Positions 1 through 8,678 of a DNA stretch of 28,557 nucleotides are shown piece after piece. Position 1 is the stretch's first letter; every line of letters begins with the position of its first letter. The notes beneath the pieces are model-generated. The model had not been told where the DNA came from. It did no database searches and worked only from the letters and a program-made list of their open reading frames with translations. This DNA is from Candidatus Asbonarchaeum danakilense. Lineage in GTDB: Archaea; Nanohalarchaeota; Nanosalinia; Nanosalinales; Nanoanaerosalinaceae. Position numbers and translations under genes: made by a program. Location of the stretch: NCBI GenBank assembly GCA_034190465.1, contig JAXINV010000036.1, positions 1 to 28,557 of the forward strand, written 5' to 3'.

Positions 1-120
1 TAAGTTCGACTGACTTACATATAAAATTTGTCAGCCGCTACGCCACGCGGTGTTGAGGACACTCTGTCAAGCGGATAGTCCGACCGTTTCGGCTGTGACC
101 GGCAACCATCATGTGCCGCT

Positions 121-1392
121 TTACCGGCGATGCAGCCACCAGAGACCGAGAAACGCCGCGGTAAAGAAGGTGTTCAGTACTGCCTTGTAGTTGAGGCGGA
201 TGCCGCGCTCGATGATATTTGCACTGGACTGTGGTGGAATCATACCGGCTGTTGCGAACAGGAGATGGACGATGACGCCTGTGACGACGGCGGCGACGAA
301 GATGGCTCCGGACAGGATGATGGCAAACTGAGCACCGTAGTATTTCCGGTACGCGTCCATGATGGGAGGGACGATCAGGTCGGCATAGATGTAGCTCAGG
401 ACGGCGCCGAACGGCAGCCCGTTCCCCCAGAGTACGGCAGCGAAGGGAACATTACCGACAGAGCAGACGAACGTTACGACGCCGATGACGGTGCCCAGGA
501 CCGCCGACCATGCTAGAGCCCCGAGACCCAGGTGCTGGCCACTGAACAGGGACAGCCAGACGGATTCTGGCACGAAGGCGGCGATGATCCCTGCAAGGAT
601 GAAGCCGACGAGGATGTCCTCCCAGAGCATCGACCACTCCGACCACTGTTCGTCCGCAAGCCGCTTCCAGCCCTTGATGCTGGTGATGGACTCCATGATT
701 CCTTCCGGATGGTCGTCCGGGTCGAAACTGTCGCGGCAGCTTGTGGAGCAGAAATGGTATGTCCGACCGTCGATCTCCGCGGTCACGGCGCCGTCTTTCT
801 GAATCTCCATCCCGCAGACAGGGTCCCTGACGGTGCTGTCGCCGCTGCCCGCCTGCTGGCGTGCCTGTTCGATGATGCCTTCAGGCACCATCTGTTCAAG
901 CACTACCGCCATGAGGAGGATGAGGATGATACCGCCGACGATGTCAGCGGCGACGAACTGCCAGCCGAGCAGGAGGAAGATGACGACACCGATTTCGATG
1001 ACGAGGTTGGTGGAGGCGAACATGAACGCTGCGAGTGAGGCGCCTGCGGAGGCTCCTTTTCTGAACAGGTTCTTTGCCGTTGCAACGGCGCTGTACGAGC
1101 AGGACGATGAGATGAACCCGAAGAAGGTTGCAAGGCCGAGTTCCCGTGGCCCGGAGTGTCTGAGCGCGTCAGCGATGACTTCGCGTGATAGCCATGCCTG
1201 GACCCCGCCTGCTATAGCGAAACCTAACACCAGCGCCCACCAGGTCTCCCATGCCATGATGAAGGCGAAATGCGCTGCTTCTATCGTCTTTGAGACGAGG
1301 AACTGGTCGAGTGGTTGCTCTGTTGCACTGGTGCCTGTGACGATGGCTGCCAGGGAGATGGCTGTCAGGACGATGTAGTCTCGTCGTTCCAT
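121..1392 (-). CDS. DUF318/ArsP-like permease with internal YHS (TRASH) metal-binding domain
   Basis: Multi-TM 423 aa; SSCSYSAVA and FVCSVGNVPFA repeats typical of DUF318 permeases; central DPVCGM...YHFCSTSC YHS motif. Confidence 0.85.
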   Translation of the reverse strand: MERRDYIVLTAISLAAIVTGTSATEQPLDQFLVSKTIEAAHFAFIMAWETWWALVLGFAIAGGVQAWLSREVIADALRHSGPRELGLATFFGFISSSCSYSAVATAKNLFRKGASAGASLAAFMFASTNLVIEIGVVIFLLLGWQFVAADIVGGIILILLMAVVLEQMVPEGIIEQARQQAGSGDSTVRDPVCGMEIQKDGAVTAEIDGRTYHFCSTSCRDSFDPDDHPEGIMESITSIKGWKRLADEQWSEWSMLWEDILVGFILAGIIAAFVPESVWLSLFSGQHLGLGALAWSAVLGTVIGVVTFVCSVGNVPFAAVLWGNGLPFGAVLSYIYADLIVPPIMDAYRKYYGAQFAIILSGAIFVAAVVTGVIVHLLFATAGMIPPQSSANIIERGIRLNYKAVLNTFFTAAFLGLWWLHRR

Positions 1393-1410
1393 GCTACCCT
1401 CCTGCTGTCT

Positions 1411-3435
1411 TCATAGTTCTTTACGCCGCATCAGCTGGGCGTTGACGGCGACGATGACGGTGCTCGCGGACATCAGCAGCGCCCCGACCGCCGGTGACAG
1501 CAGCAGGCCGAACGGCGCCGCTATCCCTGCGGCCAGCGGGATGGCGAAGGCGTTGTATCCCGTCGCCCAGACCAGGTTCTGCCGCATCTTGCTGTAGCTG
1601 AGTTCGCTGAGCCGGAGCAGCTTGACGATGTCCAGGGGGTTGTTCTTGACGAGGATGATATCCGCGGACTCGACCGCGACGTCGGTCCCGCTCCCAATCG
1701 CGATACCGACGTCGGCACGCGTCAGTGCCGGTGCGTCGTTCACCCCGTCGCCGACCATCGCGACCTTCCGGCCCTGGTCGAGCAGTTCCTGCACCTTTTT
1801 GTCCTTGTCCTCGGGCAGGACCTCGGCGAAGTACTGGTCGATGTCCAGCTCGTCCGCGACGGCCTTCGCTACGTCCTCGCTGTCGCCTGTCAGCATCGCG
1901 ACATCGAGCCCCATGTCGTGAAGTTTCCTGACAGCTTCCCGGCTCTCGTCCCGGATGACGTCAGCCAGTCCGACGGCTGCGACCGCCCTCCCATCCCGGA
2001 ACAGGTAGACGACGGTCTCGGCGTCTGATGCCGCCTCCTCTGCGAAGCTCGCGAGTTCCTCGGGCACGGTGAAGTCGTTAGCCGCTGCGAGGTTCGGGCC
2101 GCCGACGTACAGCTCCTCGCCGTCGATCTTCGCTCTGACCCCTTTGCCCTTGATTGCCTCGAACCCGTCGGCGTCCGGGACGTCGAGGTCGCGTTCACCG
2201 GCCTTCCTGCGTATCGCCTGGGCGATGCTATGCTCTGAGTCTGCTTCGACGGCCGCCATCAGCCGGAGTGCTACGTCCTCGTCGAGACCTTCGGTCGCTG
2301 TCGCTGTCACGCCCATCTCGCCCTCTGTCAGGGTGCCGGTCTTGTCGAACATGATGGTGTCGAGCTTTCTGGCTTCCTCCATCGCGATCCGGTCCCTGAC
2401 GAGGATACCGTTCTTGGCGGCGAGGGAGGTGTTGATCGCGACGACGAGCGGGACGGCGAGCCCGAGCGCGTGCGGGCAGGCGATGACGAGCACGGTGACG
2501 GCCCGCTCGATGACGGTCGCCTGGAACCCGACGGCGAGCAGCCAGCCGAGCGCTGTGACGAGTCCGGAGCCGACGGCGATGTAGAACAGCCAGCCGGCGG
2601 CCCTGTCTGCCAGCGCCTGTGTCTCGGATTTGCTCTGCTGCGCTTCCTCGACGAGCCGCATGATGCCGGAGAGCGCGGTCTCGTCGCCTGTGGCGGTGAC
2701 CTCGACCTGGAGGCTGCCCTCGTTGTTGACTGTACCGCCGATGACCTCGTCGCCGGGCTCCTTGTCGACGGGCCTGGATTCGCCGGTGATCATGGATTCG
2801 TCGACGCTCGACTCGCCGTCGACGACCTCGCCGTCGGCGGGGATGGAGCTCCCGGGCCGGACGAGCACCCGGTCACCTTCTTCGAGCTCCTTGACGGGCA
2901 CTTCCTCGGTGCCGTCGTCGGTGATGCGTTCGGCGGTGTCGGGCATCAGCTTGGCGAGTTCGTCGAGGGCGCCTGAGGCCTTGCGGATGGACCGCATCTC
3001 GATCCAGTGCCCGAGCAGCATGATGTCGATCAGGGTGACGAGCTCCCAGAAGAAACTGGCCTCGGTGGGCAGGAACAGGGCTGCGATGCTGTAGATGAAG
3101 GCGACGGAGATGGCGAGCGAGATGAGCATCATCATGCCGGGTTTCCTGTCGTCGAGCTCGCCTTTCGCCATCTTGAGGAACGGGAGTCCGCCGTAGAGGA
3201 AGACGATGATGGAGAAGGCGGTGGTGACGTATCCGCTCCCGGGGAATGCGGGCATGGTGAACCCGAGCAGGTCCTGGATGAACGGGCTGTACAGCAGGAC
3301 GGGGATGGAGAGCAGTGAGCTGATCCAGAATTTCCGGCGGAACATCAGTTCGTGGTGGCGGTGGCTGTTGCCTTTCCCGCTGCTGTGGCTTTCGTGCTGC
3401 TCGCTGCCGTCGTGCTGGTGGTCGCTGTGATCCAT
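1411..3435 (-). CDS. copB: Copper-transporting P1B-type ATPase (CopB type)
   Basis: His-rich N-terminus, [22 protein letters not shown] and YN motifs; ATG at 3435 preceded by SD GAGGTGA. Confidence 0.93.
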   Translation of the reverse strand: MDHSDHQHDGSEQHESHSSGKGNSHRHHELMFRRKFWISSLLSIPVLLYSPFIQDLLGFTMPAFPGSGYVTTAFSIIVFLYGGLPFLKMAKGELDDRKPGMMMLISLAISVAFIYSIAALFLPTEASFFWELVTLIDIMLLGHWIEMRSIRKASGALDELAKLMPDTAERITDDGTEEVPVKELEEGDRVLVRPGSSIPADGEVVDGESSVDESMITGESRPVDKEPGDEVIGGTVNNEGSLQVEVTATGDETALSGIMRLVEEAQQSKSETQALADRAAGWLFYIAVGSGLVTALGWLLAVGFQATVIERAVTVLVIACPHALGLAVPLVVAINTSLAAKNGILVRDRIAMEEARKLDTIMFDKTGTLTEGEMGVTATATEGLDEDVALRLMAAVEADSEHSIAQAIRRKAGERDLDVPDADGFEAIKGKGVRAKIDGEELYVGGPNLAAANDFTVPEELASFAEEAASDAETVVYLFRDGRAVAAVGLADVIRDESREAVRKLHDMGLDVAMLTGDSEDVAKAVADELDIDQYFAEVLPEDKDKKVQELLDQGRKVAMVGDGVNDAPALTRADVGIAIGSGTDVAVESADIILVKNNPLDIVKLLRLSELSYSKMRQNLVWATGYNAFAIPLAAGIAAPFGLLLSPAVGALLMSASTVIVAVNAQLMRRKEL

Positions 3436-3469
3436 GCAGGTCACCTCGTCTTGATTGAGGGTGTCGCTT

Positions 3470-3736
3470 TCACTCGTCGTCCGGTGCCGTGAACCGCTGG
3501 TAGAGGTGGTAGGCGCCGAGCAGTGCGAGCGCCCAGAAGATGAGGCCAGGGATGACGCCGAACCAGCCCATGCCCCACATATTGTAGCCCATCATGTGGG
3601 CGCCGTTGTGCATCCAGCTGCCGTCGCTCCACATCATGCCGTGGCTGTAGTCGCCTTGGTCGCCGGTGCCGTGGGCGAGGGCAGTGTTGATGACGGCGAG
3701 GAATGCTGCCAGGATGGCGGTGAATTTCCGGTTCAT
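3470..3736 (-). CDS. Small His/Met/Gly-rich membrane protein (putative Cu-binding)
   Basis: Signal peptide, then [27 protein letters not shown], then a TM helix; upstream GGAGA; co-oriented with copB. Confidence 0.7.
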   Translation of the reverse strand: MNRKFTAILAAFLAVINTALAHGTGDQGDYSHGMMWSDGSWMHNGAHMMGYNMWGMGWFGVIPGLIFWALALLGAYHLYQRFTAPDDE

Positions 3737-3778
3737 GGTCTCTCCTTTGTCTGATCTCTTTTATGAGTGCCGAATCGG

Positions 3779-4411
3779 TCAGCAGTCGCCGACCCAACCG
3801 CCTTTCCCGGTGGCGATGCCGCGGTATTCGTTGCTTGCGAGGTTGATGAAGGAGGGCTCTGTTCCGCGCTGCTGTAGCGCCCTGAACTTTGCCTTGCTCT
3901 GGTCGGGGAAGAACCGGGTCTTCCATTTTGCTACCTCCTGGAAGATCTCTGTGTTGGTCATGGAGGTCTCCTGGAGCAAGTACTTCGTCAGGCCACGCAT
4001 CGCTACGGCGTGACTGCAGCCGCAGCCACCCGTTCCCTTTCTGGTCACGACGGAGCGTGCCCCGCAACAGTATTCGCAGGAGATTCCCCCGTTCATCTTG
4101 TACAGGATGTGGATCATGCGATCCTGTGTTCTCTGGTCCAGGTTCCGGCTGTCCTCCGCGGCGAGTCTGCGGATCGTCTCCTGGGCTTTCTGGGGGGTTG
4201 CTGGTGACACGCTGTCAAATGAGACGCCCAGCTTCGAAGCGTAGGACGGGGTGCCGTTCGGGAGTTCGAATGACGCTTCAGACGCGGGGGGTGCCGTTCC
4301 CGCCCGATTGCCTGTACTCCCGGTGAGGATGAGTCCTGTGTTGAGGAGGGTGACTGCCAGGGTCGCGGCGAGCAACCCTGTGAATAGCTGCGATGTGTCT
4401 TCAGCAATCAT
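3779..4411 (-). CDS. Membrane-anchored protein with CEYCC...CGCSH motif (putative metal-binding)
   Basis: N-terminal TM after MIAEDT (ATG 4411, ~27 nt from TATA at 4438-4445); Cys/His cluster; first gene of the copper operon. Confidence 0.7.
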   Translation of the reverse strand: MIAEDTSQLFTGLLAATLAVTLLNTGLILTGSTGNRAGTAPPASEASFELPNGTPSYASKLGVSFDSVSPATPQKAQETIRRLAAEDSRNLDQRTQDRMIHILYKMNGGISCEYCCGARSVVTRKGTGGCGCSHAVAMRGLTKYLLQETSMTNTEIFQEVAKWKTRFFPDQSKAKFRALQQRGTEPSFINLASNEYRGIATGKGGWVGDC

Positions 4412-4445
4412 ATCGAAATAAGATATGTCCTGGCCAGTTATATAT
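4409..4445. promoter_or_regulatory. Divergent promoter: TATA (TTATATAT 4438-4445) and palindrome CATATC-N7-GATATG (4409-4427), a candidate PadR operator
   Basis: AT-rich 57-bp gap between divergent starts 4411 and 4469; perfect 6-bp inverted repeat overlapping the leftward start codon. Confidence 0.55.
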
Positions 4446-4468
4446 GTTGCGGCCGCCAAGTTGGCTTT

Positions 4469-4870
4469 ATGCCTGATGACATCGATGTCTCCCATGTGGT
4501 CCGCCTGTACACGCTGCTGCTCCTACAGGGGGAGCCGCGGCACGGCTATGAGATCATCAAGCGGATCGGCGAGCTGACCGGCGATGAGCCCAGCACGTCC
4601 CAGGTCTACCCGTTTCTCAGCAAGCTCGCGGATGAGGAACTGGTCGCTGTCGAGGAGACGGGGCCGCGCGGGAAGAAGCGGTATGAGCTCACAGGAGAAG
4701 GTGAATCGTTCGTCGCGGACCAGGTGGCGTCGCTGGGCGAGATGCTGTCCGCGGCTGTCGAGGGCAGCGTCGAGGAATGCGCCCACTGCGACTGCGAGAT
4801 ATACGATGGTGGTGTCGAGGTCGATGGCGAGATGTACTGCTGCCGGCACTGTGCTGCGGCCGATGACTAG
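4469..4870 (+). CDS. PadR-family transcriptional regulator with C-terminal Cys-rich metallothionein/TRASH-like domain
   Basis: HGYEIIKRI...VYPFLSKL...KKRYELT winged HTH; CAHCDC...YCCRHC tail. Confidence 0.88.
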   Translation: MPDDIDVSHVVRLYTLLLLQGEPRHGYEIIKRIGELTGDEPSTSQVYPFLSKLADEELVAVEETGPRGKKRYELTGEGESFVADQVASLGEMLSAAVEGSVEECAHCDCEIYDGGVEVDGEMYCCRHCAAADD

Positions 4871-6543
4871 TCCTGGTCATCTTCTCCCTCAAGCAGCCCT
4901 TCTTCCTCGGCGCGTTTCCGCCACTGTTCCTTGGCCTGTGTACCGCGGACGACGCTCTCGCCCTCTTCCAGGTTGTCGAGCTGGATGTCGAGCTCTTCTA
5001 TCAATTGCTCGCCGATGGATTCGTTGATGGTGCCGCGCCGCACGGCGTCCATGATCGCGCTCTTCTCCTGGTTGAGGACGACGCGCTCACCGCTGTGAAT
5101 CTCTTCCTCGCGGATCCCAGGGTTCTGCTCCAGCAGGCGTGAGATCGCGGTGCTGAGATCGTCTTTCTGCTTCTCATACTCCTGCTTGCATTCCTTGAAG
5201 ACGATGTAAGGGATGCTGCCCTTCTTATAAAGGTCTTGAAGTGCGTCAAGTGCGCTGTCGACGGCCCGTGCTTTGCCGAGAAGTAGTTCGTACAGTTTTT
5301 CCTCGTCTTCCCGGCGGTTCACGCCGAGCCGGTCGAGGAAACCGGCCATGGAGAGGCCCTGCACGGTGAGACTGAGCGCGGCGACCCCGAAGACCATGGC
5401 CTGGAGCTCGGCGAGATGTGGAACGTCGGACAGGCCGAGGACGAGTGCGATCGGGATGGATGCGTGCAGCCCGCTCCATACCATGACGTGCATGTAGTCC
5501 CGCGGGATCGGGTTGGAGATGAACCGGTTCACGACGGTGGTGATCGGGTAGACGGCGGCAGCCCGGGCGAACAATGTCAGGAGGAACGCGCCGGCGATCA
5601 GGTTGGCGTGCTGGATCAGCTGGCCGACCGGGGTCTTGGCCCCGATCATCAGGAAGATGAATGTGTTGACGAGGAAGGCGGCGGTTTCCCAGGTGTCGAA
5701 GACGGCGATCTTGGTCTGTGGGCTCATCGCCTCCTCTGCGCCGCGGTTCCCGAGAAGCAGTGCGGCTGAAACGGTGGCGATGACGCCTGAGACGTGCAGG
5801 TAGTGCTCGGCGATGAGGAAGCTGCCGTAGGCGAGCAGGATGGTGAGGACGATCTCGGTCATGTGCTCGTCGAGGTCCTTCATGGCCTTGTAGACGGCGT
5901 AGCCGGCGATACCGCCGACGAGAAGACCTCCGATGCTTGTAACGGCGATTTCGCCGAGTATGCCTGCGAGCCGGCCGGGGGTGAAGGCGGCTGCCAGCTC
6001 GAAGCCGGCCTGCTGTGATTCGCGGACCAGGCCGAGGATGACGGTGAACAGGACGACGCCGATGCCGTCGTTGAACAGGCTCTCCGCCTCGACCAGGGTT
6101 GAGAGGCGCTCGGGGGCGCCCACCTCCTTGAACAGGGCGAGGACGGAGACAGGGTCCGTGGGAAGGATCATGGCGGCGAACAGCAGAGAGATGAGGAGCG
6201 GCAGCCCGAGCAGCATCGAGCCCAGCCAGCCGAGCAGCAGGACGGACCCGATGAGGCCGATGACCGCCATGGCGGCGACGGGGTGCAGGTTACGCCGGAG
6301 ACTGTTGAGGTCCATGGTGGCGGCGCCCTCGAACAGCAGCGGTGGCAGCAGGACGAGGAAGATGATGTCGTGGGAGAGCTGGATGTCGAAGCCGACGCCC
6401 AGGACGGAGACGCCGATGCCTGCAAGCAGGAGGGCGATGGTGTAGGGGAACCGTCCGATCTTGGCGACGACGATGCCCACCCCGGCGGCTATGAGGAAGA
6501 TGGTGAGTATCTCGAGTTCGACAGCTGCGATGGCCGCAGTCAT
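4867..6543 (-). CDS. CPA1-family Na+/H+ antiporter (NhaP/NhaK-like)
   Basis: LLPPLLFE, PTDPVSV, ESLFNDG and HVSGVIA motifs; ~12 TM helices plus a cytoplasmic tail. Confidence 0.92.
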   Translation of the reverse strand: MTAAIAAVELEILTIFLIAAGVGIVVAKIGRFPYTIALLLAGIGVSVLGVGFDIQLSHDIIFLVLLPPLLFEGAATMDLNSLRRNLHPVAAMAVIGLIGSVLLLGWLGSMLLGLPLLISLLFAAMILPTDPVSVLALFKEVGAPERLSTLVEAESLFNDGIGVVLFTVILGLVRESQQAGFELAAAFTPGRLAGILGEIAVTSIGGLLVGGIAGYAVYKAMKDLDEHMTEIVLTILLAYGSFLIAEHYLHVSGVIATVSAALLLGNRGAEEAMSPQTKIAVFDTWETAAFLVNTFIFLMIGAKTPVGQLIQHANLIAGAFLLTLFARAAAVYPITTVVNRFISNPIPRDYMHVMVWSGLHASIPIALVLGLSDVPHLAELQAMVFGVAALSLTVQGLSMAGFLDRLGVNRREDEEKLYELLLGKARAVDSALDALQDLYKKGSIPYIVFKECKQEYEKQKDDLSTAISRLLEQNPGIREEEIHSGERVVLNQEKSAIMDAVRRGTINESIGEQLIEELDIQLDNLEEGESVVRGTQAKEQWRKRAEEEGLLEGEDDQD

Positions 6544-6549
6544 CTTCGA

Positions 6550-6963
6550 TCACTTGACGATGACGGTTCCGGTGTGCTGTGAGAGGACGTGGTTGTGGTA
6601 GCCCCAGGTCCCGGTCTTGTTGAAGGTGAAGCTGTAGGTCTGAGTCATTTTACAGGCATCGAACCGCTCATCCGCGGTCTCAGCGTTGCCGCAGTGCTGG
6701 CTGAGGCGGGTGCCCGCGTACTCGGTGTGTGTCGGGTGGACATCGGAGGCGACCCACATCCGTGGTCCCTGGCTTTTCCAGGTGACGGTCTCTCCTTTCT
6801 GGATTGTGATGGTCTGTGGGAAGAACCCGCTCTGGTTGTAGATCACGACGTTGTCCTCGCTCGCGTTGATCGCTGGCTCCGGGTTCTCCGGTGTCTGGTT
6901 CGACGTACAGCCGGCGACCGTGACGGCCACGAGGACCAGGCCAAGAAGGATGTATCGTCGCAT
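6550..6963 (-). CDS. Cupredoxin/plastocyanin-like lipoprotein
   Basis: Lipobox VAGC; F.PQTITIQKGETVTW...ASDVHPTH...YSFTFNKTGTWGYHNH...GTVIV cupredoxin pattern. Confidence 0.8.
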   Translation of the reverse strand: MRRYILLGLVLVAVTVAGCTSNQTPENPEPAINASEDNVVIYNQSGFFPQTITIQKGETVTWKSQGPRMWVASDVHPTHTEYAGTRLSQHCGNAETADERFDACKMTQTYSFTFNKTGTWGYHNHVLSQHTGTVIVK

Positions 6964-6992
6964 CGTACCCTCTTCGTTGCGCCGCGCTGCAT

Positions 6993-7550
6993 TTATAGCT
7001 TTGGCCTGTCAGGCAGGTCGCCGTCCCAGCGGAGCCATAACACCCAGTACCCGAAGACGAGGAAGGTGAGGCCCCACCGCCACAGGAAGGTGTGGATGAA
7101 CGCGTAGTCCATCTGCAGCACCTCGACGGCGTAGACCATCGAGGTGATCCGGACCAGGTTGCCGGTGACGACGATGACGACCCCGCCGAGGATGCCGATG
7201 AGGCGTTTCCGTGCTGCCTCACCACGGACGGCGAGCACCAGTCCGACGACGGCGATCATCGACTTCCAGCCCGTCGAGTCCGTCGACACGTTGACGGTGA
7301 GATGCTCCGCGGCCAGGTACGGGCCGCTGTGCGCGGTGTCGAGCCCGACCAGGCCGAGCAGCTGGCTGGCGACTGTGGCGTTCAGTTCTCGGAGCCAGAC
7401 AGGGTTCCAGCCCTGCCACAGCAGCAGGTACAGCGGCGCTGCCAGTACCGTGAACAGTGTCAGAAAGAGGAGAACATCCCACAGCCGCTGGTTTTGCTGG
7501 GAGAGCTGTTCCTCGAACGCCTGTTTCCGTTCGCGAAGCTCTTCGATCAT
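6993..7550 (-). CDS. Exosortase/archaeosortase-family protein (catalytic Cys position is Ser)
   Basis: TM protein with VSTDSTGWKS, GNLVRI and FIH motifs; ATG at 7550 overlaps the upstream stop. Confidence 0.75.
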   Translation of the reverse strand: MIEELRERKQAFEEQLSQQNQRLWDVLLFLTLFTVLAAPLYLLLWQGWNPVWLRELNATVASQLLGLVGLDTAHSGPYLAAEHLTVNVSTDSTGWKSMIAVVGLVLAVRGEAARKRLIGILGGVVIVVTGNLVRITSMVYAVEVLQMDYAFIHTFLWRWGLTFLVFGYWVLWLRWDGDLPDRPKL

Positions 7551-8668
7551 CCGCGCTCCCTGTATTCGTCCAGCCACTCCATGAATGTTTCGGTGTTGTC
7601 CTGGATCGCGTCCAGCACCCGGTCGCTGTCCACGATGTAGAATTCGTCGAGCTTCAACCCTTTCAGGTCGCGGTAGTCGACGGCCTTGATCCCGTGCTCG
7701 CGGTAGAACTCCGCGTCCTGATCCTTCTCCACGATGACGGCCCTGAGGTGTTCCGGCGGTTCGACGCGGAGGTTCTTCCTGACGAACGCGATGCTGTCGT
7801 CCTGCTGTTCGAGGTCCTCCCGGCTCTCACAGATCGGGTAGACGTCCTCGCCCGCCGTGACGAACCGGAGCGCCTGCAGGTACCGCTCCAGCCGGTTCTC
7901 CAGTGACCGTTTCTGGTTCTCCAGCTTTTCGACCTGCGTCTCCAGGTTCTGTGCACGCTGCTTCCACTTCTGGACCTTCTCGTCCCGCAGCGCCTGCTGG
8001 TTACGTTCCTGCTCGAGCTCATCCTTTGCTTCCTGCGCCCGGTCACGTTCTTCCTCGAGCTGGTCCTGATAGTCCCGCAGCCGTTCGATCTCCTCCCGCT
8101 TTTCCTCAAGCTGTTCGCGGTAGTCTCTGGCTGTCTTTTCCCAGTCGATCTGTTCGGCGTGGACTGGCTGTTCTTCGTCCTCCTCGGTTTCTTCCTGCTG
8201 GACGGCGTCGATGACCTGCTGGATGGACCGATCACCGGCGAACGACTGCTCCAGCACGGTCTCGAACCGGTCTCTTACTCCTGCCTGCTCTGTCTTCCGT
8301 CTGACCTCGTGGATGAAGTCGCTGTGCGCCCGGTACGCCCGGACGGCGGCGGCGAGCGCGTCCTTCGCGTGGGTGTCCATGCCGCTGGTGTCGTGGTCCG
8401 CGATTAGGTCTTCCTTCTCCTGCTGCCCGAGGTCGTTTTCAGGCACGAACAGCTGCGCGCCGAACGTGGAGGCCAGCTTGGCGACCAGCGACGGCGCGGG
8501 CGTGACGTCGGTGGCGATGAGAAGCGGCTTGCCCTGGGAGATGATGGAACGGGAGACCTGGCTCCGCGGGAAGTCCTTCCGGCTCTCCCAGGTGACGAGC
8601 CCGCCGTCGAGGTCGAGGATGGCGACGGCTGTCGTCGTGCCGGGGTCGACACCGACGATGGTTAGAAT
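7547..8668 (-). CDS. DUF460-family protein (RNase H-like N-terminus plus coiled coil), probable ATT start
   Basis: Frame extends 74 codons upstream of the GTG at 8446, giving ILTIVGVDPGTTTAVAILDLDG...IATDVTPAP...; also HAKDALAAA; long coiled coil; SD GAGGTGA 4 nt before ATT. Confidence 0.8.
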   Translation of the reverse strand: MLTIVGVDPGTTTAVAILDLDGGLVTWESRKDFPRSQVSRSIISQGKPLLIATDVTPAPSLVAKLASTFGAQLFVPENDLGQQEKEDLIADHDTSGMDTHAKDALAAAVRAYRAHSDFIHEVRRKTEQAGVRDRFETVLEQSFAGDRSIQQVIDAVQQEETEEDEEQPVHAEQIDWEKTARDYREQLEEKREEIERLRDYQDQLEEERDRAQEAKDELEQERNQQALRDEKVQKWKQRAQNLETQVEKLENQKRSLENRLERYLQALRFVTAGEDVYPICESREDLEQQDDSIAFVRKNLRVEPPEHLRAVIVEKDQDAEFYREHGIKAVDYRDLKGLKLDEFYIVDSDRVLDAIQDNTETFMEWLDEYRERG

Positions 8669-8678
8669 CGTCTCACCT

